From a virus (Duplodnaviria; Caudoviricetes), in IMG/VR virus record IMGVR_UViG_3300014656_000139, positions 1 to 24,210 of that record: a stretch of DNA of 24,210 nucleotides; one strand, written 5' to 3'. The notes below the pieces were generated by a model, which was not told where the DNA came from, ran no database searches, and was given only the letters and a program-made list of their open reading frames with translations. This document shows positions 1 to 6,815 of this stretch, one piece after another; the first letter of the stretch is position 1; each line of letters opens with the position of its first letter. A program made the position numbers and the translations under genes.

Positions 1-178
1 GATGCCCCCGCCCGCCGAGATGCCCCCGCCCGCCGAGATGCCCCCGCCCGCCGAGATGCCCCCGCCCGCCGAGATGCCCTCGCCCGCCGAGATGCCCCCG
101 CCCGCCGAGATGCCCCAGCACGCCGAGATGCCCCAGCCCGCCGAGATGCCCTCGCCCGCCGAGATGCTCGAGCCCGCG
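1..178. repeat. 18-bp tandem repeat, at least 10 units (consensus GAGATGCCCCCGCCCGCC), coding
   Basis: Units start at 17, 35, 53, 71, 89, 107, 125, 143 and 161, plus a partial unit at 1; they encode I-S-A-G-[G/E/W]-G on the minus strand. Confidence 0.97.
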
Positions 179-348
179 AGCGCTCGGATCGAGCCTCGCA
201 CGAACAGGCGCTGGAACCAGACGACACCAAGGTCCTTGTCGATCTCAACGGAGGCCTCGATCGTGGTTGCTAGATCGAGCGTGCCGCTGTACTCAAGGCG
301 GCCGTTCCGCTCCTCGAAGTCGGATCGAGTGAGTACGATCTTGTCCAT
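1..348 (-). CDS. Hexapeptide-repeat (ISAGxG)n protein, probable beta-helix/solenoid; 3' end runs off the window
   Basis: Minus-strand ATG at 348-346 with strong RBS AAGGAGG just upstream and a leftward promoter. Reads MDKIVLTRSDFEERNGRLEYSGTLDLATTIEASVEIDKDLGVVWFQRLFVRGSIRALAGSSISAGEGISAGWGISACWGISAGGGISAGEG... with no stop before base 1, which explains its absence from the ORF track. Confidence 0.85.
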   Translation of the reverse strand, partial: MDKIVLTRSDFEERNGRLEYSGTLDLATTIEASVEIDKDLGVVWFQRLFVRGSIRALAGSSISAGEGISAGWGISACWGISAGGGISAGEGISAGGGISAGGGISAGGGISAGGGI

Positions 349-402
349 GCGTCCCTCCTTCCGGGCGGCTCCCGACCCGCCGCACCTCGCAATGTCGCAA
401 TC

Positions 403-431
403 AATCTACCATCCCTTTAGTTGTTTGTCAA
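403..431 (-). promoter_or_regulatory. Leftward sigma70-type promoter
   Basis: Minus strand TTGACA (431-426), 17-bp spacer, TAGATT (408-403), in an AT-rich intergenic region upstream of the 348 ATG. Confidence 0.7.
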
Positions 432-519
432 GTGTGTTTTCGGCGTATTTCCGAACTATCTTGCAACTGCCCTAGAATCAAGACGTTGTAGAAAACAAGG
501 GTTTCCGTTGTTTTTCTGC

Positions 520-548
520 TTGACAAGCGCAACCGCGGCGGTTACAGT
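520..548 (+). promoter_or_regulatory. Rightward sigma70-type promoter with palindrome in spacer
   Basis: TTGACA (520-525), 17-bp spacer, TACAGT (543-548). AACCGC-G-GCGGTT palindrome at 531-543; RBS AGGAGG at 555-560 before ATG 567. Confidence 0.75.
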
Positions 549-566
549 GTCGGTAGGAGGTTAGCC

Positions 567-914
567 ATGGCAGACGCAGCGAACGCCAAGGATCTTTCCA
601 CAGTGACGTGGCAGATCCGAAGGGAGACCGATGAAGGTCTCGCGGCCGAGGCGTCGGGGATCGGGATGTCGAAGGTGGCACTCGCGAGGCTGCTTCTTGA
701 CTTCGGGATCGCCCAGCTCAGGAAGGGGCACGTGAGGATTGTCAGCCGTTCGGGCATCCCGGCATCCGAGGACGTCCCGGAAGACTCCGAGAAAGAGGTT
801 TTGATCGAGGGGAGTCCACCATTGGGCGGGCGGGGCGTTTCCACCGGCGCGGGTGAGCAGGATGATGCGATGGAACTTGTCCACAGGCGGACGGAACGAG
901 CGACTGTCGCATAA
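567..914 (+). CDS. Ribbon-helix-helix (Arc/CopG-like) DNA-binding protein with acidic, likely disordered tail
   Basis: Strand-helix-G-helix pattern STVTWQI-RRETDEGLAAEASGI-G-MSKVALARLLLDFGIAQL; strong RBS; first gene after the promoter. Confidence 0.65.
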   Translation: MADAANAKDLSTVTWQIRRETDEGLAAEASGIGMSKVALARLLLDFGIAQLRKGHVRIVSRSGIPASEDVPEDSEKEVLIEGSPPLGGRGVSTGAGEQDDAMELVHRRTERATVA

Positions 915-1074
915 TCCATAGACGGTAAACTGGCCAAACTGAGCAAGTTAGGCGGTTTCTTTGAGGACCTACTTGTATCTGTCGGTTCACAGGACGGCTA
1001 CCCAGCGGGCATCTTCTTCTCCATTCCGTTCCAGGAAGATCCGCGCTTCTGCCCACAACCGCCTGTCTGGGAGC

Positions 1075-1128
1075 CAGGGGCGGGGGCCGACGTAGAGACT
1101 GGGCTACGGAGGCGCCCCGCCCCGCCTG
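1075..1128 (+). promoter_or_regulatory. Long GC-rich imperfect hairpin directly upstream of the initiator RBS
   Basis: CAGGGGCGGGGGCCGACGTAG...CTACGGAGGCGCCCCGCCCCGCCTG, ending a few bases before GAGGGGAG (1133-1140) and the TTG start at 1144. Confidence 0.5.
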
Positions 1129-1143
1129 TTTCGAGGGGAGACG

Positions 1144-2052
1144 TTGAGCCGGAAGCGGATGCTCGATCCCGGAATCTGGACGGACGAGGGGTTCCTCGAG
1201 CTCTCCGTTTCCGCAAAGCTCTTTTTCATCGGCCTGATCTCCCACGCGGACGACTACGGCAGGGGCATCGCCTCGGAGAAGAGCCTAAAGGCCAAAATCT
1301 TTCCAGGTGCCTCACTTCCGACCGGTGAGATCGAGCGCTTCTGCGAGGAAGTCTCCGACCACATGAACGTCGCGTTCTACCAGGCCGATGACGGCTCCCG
1401 GTTCTATTCTCTAACCCATTGGAAACGCTACCAGAAGGTGGACCGTCCCTCCGACAGCATTATCCCGCCGCCGCCCCGTTCGTCGAGCGCTCGTCGATCA
1501 CTCGTCGAACGTTCGTCGAGCGTTCGCCCTGAATTAGTAGAAGAGAAAGAAGAGAAACAAGAGAAGGGGGAGAAGGAGCAACCACCGTGCCAGCCGGCGG
1601 TGGATAACTCCCCCCCTGAAGAAAAAAAAACAGGGGAGGGGGAGCTCACGAAGACCCCCGCTGTCGGACGCCAGCCTGCCGAGCGGGAGGAGCCTCCCCC
1701 TCTCTGCCCGAACGCCCTCCCGGGGGGCGTGATCTGCATGAAGCGCCTGGTGTGGAGCCCGTCCAAGGACGAGTGGTTCTGCCCACGGGCCGACAAGGGC
1801 TGCGGCAGAGCTTACCCCGCGGCGGAGTGGGCCCGGAAGAACGGGACGGTGGTCCCCATCCGCCGGAAGCCCGCGGAGCCTTCCGTGAGCCCTGCTCTCG
1901 CGAAGGCACGCGACTGGCAGCGCCGCAAGGCGGAGGACCCTCGTGCCTTCGCACCGCCCGAAAACCTGCCTGATCCGTTTGCCAGGGGAACAGTCCCCAC
2001 TCAAGCGGTTGACATATCGGACGATAACTCGATAAGCGAGGTCGGCAGATGA
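1144..2052 (+). CDS. Phage replication initiator / replisome organizer (lambda O-like role) with C-terminal Cys4 ribbon
   Basis: N-terminus MSRKRMLDPGIWTDEGFLELSVSAKLFFIGLISHADDYGRG...LKAKIFP...HWKRYQKVDRPS matches common phage replication proteins; internal iterons and purine-rich tract; C-x9-C...C-x6-C in the C-terminal part. Confidence 0.8.
   Translation: MSRKRMLDPGIWTDEGFLELSVSAKLFFIGLISHADDYGRGIASEKSLKAKIFPGASLPTGEIERFCEEVSDHMNVAFYQADDGSRFYSLTHWKRYQKVDRPSDSIIPPPPRSSSARRSLVERSSSVRPELVEEKEEKQEKGEKEQPPCQPAVDNSPPEEKKTGEGELTKTPAVGRQPAEREEPPPLCPNALPGGVICMKRLVWSPSKDEWFCPRADKGCGRAYPAAEWARKNGTVVPIRRKPAEPSVSPALAKARDWQRRKAEDPRAFAPPENLPDPFARGTVPTQAVDISDDNSISEVGR
1477..1644. other. Putative replication origin inside the initiator gene
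   Basis: Five 11-bp direct repeats (CGTTCGTCGAG consensus, 1477-1531), a purine/A-rich tract (1532-1577), a DnaA-box-like GGTGGATAA (1599-1607), and a C-rich/G-rich inverted repeat around an A-run (1608-1644). Confidence 0.7.
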
Positions 2053-2375
2053 GCAAGGCGAAGCAGAAGCCCCCCTACATCCGCCGGCTCGACCGTGCCC
2101 TCCAGTCCTCGCGCTCCCCCTATCCACCGCCAGCGGTCTCTTCCGGCGACTACGATATCCACTGGGTTCTCGTCGAGGAGGACCCGACTTCCTCCGCCGA
2201 CCGTGCCTTCCTCCGGGGCCGCTGGACGCCCGGGAAGTCCTACCGCGTTCGCGGCAGAATCGACAACCTCAACTCCTGGCGCCGCGATCTCATCCTGCTC
2301 CTCGGGGACGACTACGGGCGCCTCCACCACGTGCACATGGATCACGTTCGGGTGGTCGACGAGGACGAGGAGTGA
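2049..2375 (+). CDS. Hypothetical protein
   Basis: ATGA overlap with the initiator and GTGA overlap with the next gene; codon bias matches neighbours; no recognised family. Confidence 0.75.
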   Translation: MSKAKQKPPYIRRLDRALQSSRSPYPPPAVSSGDYDIHWVLVEEDPTSSADRAFLRGRWTPGKSYRVRGRIDNLNSWRRDLILLLGDDYGRLHHVHMDHVRVVDEDEE

Positions 2376-2596
2376 AGGGGCTCACGGCTCGGCAGCGGGA
2401 GGTCTTGGCTTACCTCCACGGACAGATCCTGCATGGCGGCTACCCTCCGACCCTACGCGAGCTCGCCGACAAGTTCGGAGTCACCCGCTCGGCCGCGCTC
2501 GGCTACCTCACCGCGCTCGAACGCAAGGGCTACATCCGGCGCGAACGCCGCGTCGCACGAGGAATCCGCCTTGTCCAGTCGAGTGAGGTCCTGTGA
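2372..2596 (+). CDS. LexA-like winged-helix DNA-binding domain only (no peptidase domain)
   Basis: LTARQREVLAYL...GYPPTLRELADKFGV..SAALGYLTALERKGYIRRERRVARGIRL is the LexA N-domain signature; the protein ends at 74 aa. Confidence 0.9.
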   Translation: MKGLTARQREVLAYLHGQILHGGYPPTLRELADKFGVTRSAALGYLTALERKGYIRRERRVARGIRLVQSSEVL

Positions 2597-2914
2597 TTGC
2601 TGTGCCGCAACTGTCCGATGCGCGAGCAGTGTGAGGCGCTCTGCGACGATGTTCTCAAGGTCCTGTCGAAGCTCCGCCCGCTTCCGAACACGGTTCTGTT
2701 CGACGAGATCCCCTACAACCTGGCAGCCGCCGACGAGCGACACCTGCAGATCGGCGGCGTGAAACTCTCCGAGCCGCAGGGGGAGGCAATCCGCCTCTTG
2801 GTTGCCGGCTTCACGCTCGAGCAGATCGCCCGCTTCACCAACCGCTCTCCACGTGCCGTCCGCTCCATCCTCTACCGGGTCGTGACCAAGGTGCGTGCAC
2901 AAAAGAGCGCCTAG
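2597..2914 (+). CDS. Sigma70-region-4/LuxR-type HTH regulator with N-terminal Cys cluster; probable late-gene activator
   Basis: LSEPQGEAIRLLVAGFTLEQIARFTNRSPRAVRSILYR HTH; N-terminal CRNCPMREQCEALC; last gene before the packaging module; RBS GAGGT at 2585-2589. Confidence 0.7.
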   Translation: MLCRNCPMREQCEALCDDVLKVLSKLRPLPNTVLFDEIPYNLAAADERHLQIGGVKLSEPQGEAIRLLVAGFTLEQIARFTNRSPRAVRSILYRVVTKVRAQKSA

Positions 2915-3011
2915 CAACAGCTCTAACCCCGCGCCGAAACATCGCTTAACCAAGACGCCCTCCCGCCGAGCGGTAACGAACTCCGCTAAAGGGTAGAGGG
3001 GGTGAGTCCGT

Positions 3012-3431
3012 GTGGCGCGTCGAAGGACGAAACCAGACAGCAGGGCCGGTACCTCATGGACACCACGCCAGCGCAAGGCGCTTGAGATCGAGGCCGTTAA
3101 CTTCGGCACCCAGCGGAAGACCCAGCAGCAGATTGCCGAGGAGGTCGGAGTCGCTCGATCGACACTCTGCTCCTGGCACGATCTGCCCGGTTGGGCTGAA
3201 GAACGGGCACGCCTCACCAACCTCATCTCCGACGAGTTCAGGCCGGCGGTTATCCGAGCCAACATCGAAAGCGCTCTTCTGCCCGGCGCTCAGGGTGCGG
3301 CGGACCGTCGGCTCTTCTTCCAGCTCCGCGGAGAGCTCAAGGAGAAGCACGAGGTGGAATTGAAAGACGAGCTCCGAGTGGTCGTGGACTGGAGATCGAG
3401 GGCGGGAGGCGGCGATGCAGAAGACGGTTGA
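3012..3431 (+). CDS. Terminase small subunit (HTH type)
   Basis: WTPRQRKAL...TQQQIAEEVGVARSTLCSW HTH; lies immediately upstream of and overlaps TerL; C-terminal EKHEVEL..ELRVVVDW strand typical of TerS. Confidence 0.75.
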   Translation: MARRRTKPDSRAGTSWTPRQRKALEIEAVNFGTQRKTQQQIAEEVGVARSTLCSWHDLPGWAEERARLTNLISDEFRPAVIRANIESALLPGAQGAADRRLFFQLRGELKEKHEVELKDELRVVVDWRSRAGGGDAEDG

Positions 3432-4662
3432 GATCCGGATGCACCCGCACCCTGGGCAGGCACTCGTCCACGGGTGCCCGGCGCGCTTCAAGGTCGTCGC
3501 CTGCGGGAAGCGCTGGGGCAAGACCACACTGGGTTGTGGGGAGAGTGTCGACACCGGGTCGATCGGCGGCCGCGCCTGGTGGATCGCTCCGGACTACAAG
3601 CGTGCGCGTGAGGGCTGGGATCCAATCCGGGAGGTCTGCTCGTCCATCCCGGGCGTTCGGGTGAACCAGACGGAGCGCGACGTCTATCTACCGGGCGGCG
3701 GGCTTGTCCAGGTGCGGAGCGGCGACGACCCGAACACCCTCCGCGGTCCCGACCTCGACCTCGCGGTCTTCGACGAGGCAGCGTTTGCCCGTGAGCGCTG
3801 CTGGCATGTGGTACGCTCCGCACTCATGGACCGACTTGGGCGAGCGATCTTTTTCTCGACGCCGAACGGCCACAACTGGTTCTGGAAGCTCCACGTCTCC
3901 TCGACGCAGTGCTCAGGAGACTGTGCGGCGTGCCCGGTCCATCGCGGCGAGAGCGACTGGGCCGCGTTCAACTTCCCCTCCTCGTCGAACCCCTACCTAT
4001 CGCGCCAAGAGATCGAGGACCTCGTCCGGGACATGCCGGAGCGCGTGAGGCTGCAAGAGGTCGAAGCCCAGTTCCTCGAGGACGGCGGATTGCTCTTCCG
4101 GAACGTGCGCGAGTCGGCGACGGCAACCAGGCAGGAGCGTGCGATCGAGGGGCATCAGTACGTGACCGGTGTCGACTGGGGGCGCACCGGCGACGCGACA
4201 GTCTTCACCACGATCAACAGCACGCTCCGTGAGCAGGTGCAGCTGGACCGGATGGTCCGCACGGACTACGAGCTCCAGCTGGTGCGGCTGCGTGCTCTCT
4301 GCGAGAGGTTCCGCGGCAGCGGCGATTCCCGCGGACGCTACCAGATCGTCGCCGAATCGAACGCGATGGGCCGCCCGATCGTCGAGAGACTCCGCAAGGA
4401 AGGGCTCCCTGTCTTTCCCTTCGAGACAACGCACGCGAGCAAGAAGGAAGCGGTTGACTCACTGGCGCTCGCGCTCGAGCGACGCGACCTGCAGATCCTC
4501 AACGATCCGATTCAGATCGCCGAGCTCCTCGCGTACCAGGCGACGCGCTTGCCGTCGGATCGCGAACGGTATGAAGCACCGGAAGGAATGCACGACGACT
4601 GTGTCATGGCCCTGATGATCGCCAACCTGATGAGCCGGCGCGTAAGGGCGGGAGTGTACTGA
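3415..4662 (+). CDS. terL: Terminase large subunit
   Basis: Q-motif PHPGQ, Walker A GKRWGKT, Walker B LAVFDEAAF, coupling motif STPNG, RNase H nuclease motifs GVDWG...D and HDDCVMAL. Confidence 0.96.
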   Translation: MQKTVEIRMHPHPGQALVHGCPARFKVVACGKRWGKTTLGCGESVDTGSIGGRAWWIAPDYKRAREGWDPIREVCSSIPGVRVNQTERDVYLPGGGLVQVRSGDDPNTLRGPDLDLAVFDEAAFARERCWHVVRSALMDRLGRAIFFSTPNGHNWFWKLHVSSTQCSGDCAACPVHRGESDWAAFNFPSSSNPYLSRQEIEDLVRDMPERVRLQEVEAQFLEDGGLLFRNVRESATATRQERAIEGHQYVTGVDWGRTGDATVFTTINSTLREQVQLDRMVRTDYELQLVRLRALCERFRGSGDSRGRYQIVAESNAMGRPIVERLRKEGLPVFPFETTHASKKEAVDSLALALERRDLQILNDPIQIAELLAYQATRLPSDRERYEAPEGMHDDCVMALMIANLMSRRVRAGVY

Positions 4663-6815
4663 TGGGCGTTGTAGCCGCGCTCCGATCGAGACGTGACCGC
4701 ATGGTCGAGTCCGTTCACATGGGGATGTTCCGGTACCTGATACGCTCGAGCCGCTTCTCGGGGCTCCTCTACCAGGCCGCACGGAAGCGGACCGACAAGT
4801 CGATGGATCCCGAGGAGCAGCTGAAGACCTACGGCCAGGTGTACCAGGTCGTCTCGTGGGTCTACGCCGCGCTCTTCCAGATCGTGAGTCACGGGTCGGG
4901 TCTGCGGTGGTACCTGTACCGCCCGATCGACGGAGACGATCGCAACCGCAAGGAAGTCTCCGACCATCCCCTACTGCCGCTGTTCAAGGACCCGAATCCC
5001 GAGCAGTCATTCCAAGACCTCGTCGAGGAGACGCTCGGACACGCCGAGCTCCAGGGCTCGATGTACTGGGCGAAAGAGAAGGAGCAGTCGGTCGTCGTGA
5101 ATCGCTTGTGGGGCCTCCGGCCCGATCGTGTGCGGCCGATCCCGGATCCGGAGACCAAGATCTCCGGGTACATCTACTCGGTCGAGTACGGCAAGGAAGT
5201 CACCTACGAGCGCGACGAGATCGTGCACTTCAAGTACTGGAACCCGATGAGCGACTACTTCGGGCAGGGTTCGCTCACCGCGCTCAAGTTCGCTCTCGTC
5301 CGCTTTCTCCGCATGGCCGAGTGGAACGCGAAGTACTTCGACATGGGGTCGGCTCCGGGCGGCGTGCTCGAGTTCCTCGAGGATCCCGGTCAGGAGCCCG
5401 AGGAGATCCGGCAGAAGTGGGAGGACCAGCACGCCGGCGCCGAGCGGAGGCACCGGCTCGGCATCGTGGTCCGTGGCAAGTACCAGCCGACCGAGAGATC
5501 GCCCAAGGACGCTGACTGGATCGAGGGCTCGAAGCAGACACGCGAGGAGATCCTCTCGGCCTTCGGCGTGCCGCCGTCTCTCGTCGGGCTCCTCGAGTAC
5601 GCCAACTACGCGAACATGGACCAGCAGACGGAGATCTTCTGGGAGGGCATGAAGCCGCGGCTCCGGAAGATCTGCCAGGCCGTGCGCCGCGATCTCCTCC
5701 GCCCCTACGACCCGGAGCTCCGGCTGGGCTACGACCTCTCGGATGTGAAGGCTCTCCAGGACGACGAGAACGAGAAAGTGAAGCGTGCGGTGGAGCGCAT
5801 CTCCCACGGGCTTGCCTCGCCGAACGAGATCCGGTCCGAGGAAGGGAAGGAGCCGTACGAGGGCGGGGACGAGTACTTCATGCCCATGGCCTTGCTCCCG
5901 ATCGGCAGCTCCGCCGGCGAGTGGTGGAACCGTCCGACGCCGGAGGAGCAGAAGGAGATCGAGAAGGTCAAGTCGAAGGAGGCGAAGAAGCTTATCGACC
6001 CCGCGGAGCTCCTCGTCCGTGCCCCGACCGTCCGCCTCGAGATCGACCCGACGAAGTTCCTTCCGCCGATCGACCCGCACGCGAAGGGGCTTGCCGGCGA
6101 TCTCCTCTCGTACCAGCTCGAGGCTGCCCAGTTCGGGCTCGACACGATCAAGATTCTCGGCTTCCCGCCGCCGCCCGGTTTCTCCGTCGCAACGGATCCT
6201 GCGATCGTCGACGCGATCGCCGAGTTCGGTCTGAACCGGTCGGAGTGGGTCGTCGAGTCCGACTTCAAGGAGCCAATCCGGAAGGCGCTCGAAGCGGGCA
6301 TTGAAGCGCACGAGAACGTCACGCAGATCGGGACCCGCGTGCGGGACGCGATCGCCGACTTCAAGAAGAGCCGCTACTGGTCGGATCGGATCGCCCGGAC
6401 GGAGATCGGGCAGTCCTCGAGCTACGGGCGCTTCCAGGGGATCCTCGTCTCCGACGCGCTCGCGACGAAGATGTGGCTCTCCGCACGGGACAAGAACACC
6501 CGGAAGAACCACCTGCTCGAGGACAGCGACTCCCACAAGGATCCGGTTCAGAAAGACAAGCCGTTCCGGATCATGAGCGGCATGGCGCCCGGGTGGACCG
6601 GGAAGGCGCACGAGGACATTCAGTGCCGGTGCGACCTTCTGCCGGGCCCGCCCAAGGACAAGAAGTCCGCCGGGTGGTGCAACCACCTGATGCAGTCCCG
6701 CGTGAGCTGGGACCGTGCGCTGAGCCGCATGTCGCCGCGGTACGTGCGGGTGATCCACAAGCACCTCGACCGCTACACGGCGGAGGTGCTGAAGAGGCTG
6801 AGGGGCGAGGGATGA
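4662..6815 (+). CDS. HK97-family portal protein fused to a MuF/SPP1 gp7-like head morphogenesis domain
   Basis: Portal motifs SWVYA, HPL..L..PNP, LRPDRV, EIVHFKYWNP..DYFGQG, ILSAFGVPPSLVG, PNEIR...GGD. The C-terminal part has RIARTE, KMWLSARDKNTRKNH and IQCRC, characteristic of MuF. Confidence 0.92.
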   Translation: MGVVAALRSRRDRMVESVHMGMFRYLIRSSRFSGLLYQAARKRTDKSMDPEEQLKTYGQVYQVVSWVYAALFQIVSHGSGLRWYLYRPIDGDDRNRKEVSDHPLLPLFKDPNPEQSFQDLVEETLGHAELQGSMYWAKEKEQSVVVNRLWGLRPDRVRPIPDPETKISGYIYSVEYGKEVTYERDEIVHFKYWNPMSDYFGQGSLTALKFALVRFLRMAEWNAKYFDMGSAPGGVLEFLEDPGQEPEEIRQKWEDQHAGAERRHRLGIVVRGKYQPTERSPKDADWIEGSKQTREEILSAFGVPPSLVGLLEYANYANMDQQTEIFWEGMKPRLRKICQAVRRDLLRPYDPELRLGYDLSDVKALQDDENEKVKRAVERISHGLASPNEIRSEEGKEPYEGGDEYFMPMALLPIGSSAGEWWNRPTPEEQKEIEKVKSKEAKKLIDPAELLVRAPTVRLEIDPTKFLPPIDPHAKGLAGDLLSYQLEAAQFGLDTIKILGFPPPPGFSVATDPAIVDAIAEFGLNRSEWVVESDFKEPIRKALEAGIEAHENVTQIGTRVRDAIADFKKSRYWSDRIARTEIGQSSSYGRFQGILVSDALATKMWLSARDKNTRKNHLLEDSDSHKDPVQKDKPFRIMSGMAPGWTGKAHEDIQCRCDLLPGPPKDKKSAGWCNHLMQSRVSWDRALSRMSPRYVRVIHKHLDRYTAEVLKRLRGEG

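Noticed and set aside
1-178. Possible CRISPR array
   Set aside because: Contiguous 18-bp units with no unique spacers, in-frame coding, and no cas genes.
2-475. Plus-strand MPPPAE-repeat ORF in the track
   Set aside because: It is the antisense shadow of the minus-strand gene, which has the RBS, promoter and a globular N-terminus; it also runs through the AT-rich promoter region.
915-1328. Open frame continuing in-frame after the RHH TAA stop (possible readthrough or pseudogene)
   Set aside because: No start codon, it overlaps the initiator out of frame, TAA is rarely read through, and open frames are common at this GC content.
2009-2037. TTGACA near the end of the initiator gene as an internal promoter
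   Set aside because: No credible -10 element at 16-18 bp spacing.
5007-6764. Long antisense ORFs (5007-6764, also 6773-7861, 7861-9813, 15338-16699, 17661-19067)
   Set aside because: Shadows of strongly codon-biased high-GC sense genes; no motifs or RBS.
6473-6811. Upstream extensions of track ORFs (6473, 9156, 9905, 14826, 15227 starts)
   Set aside because: They overlap upstream genes; RBS and stop-start coupling support starts at 6812, 9759, 10070, 14871 and 15368.
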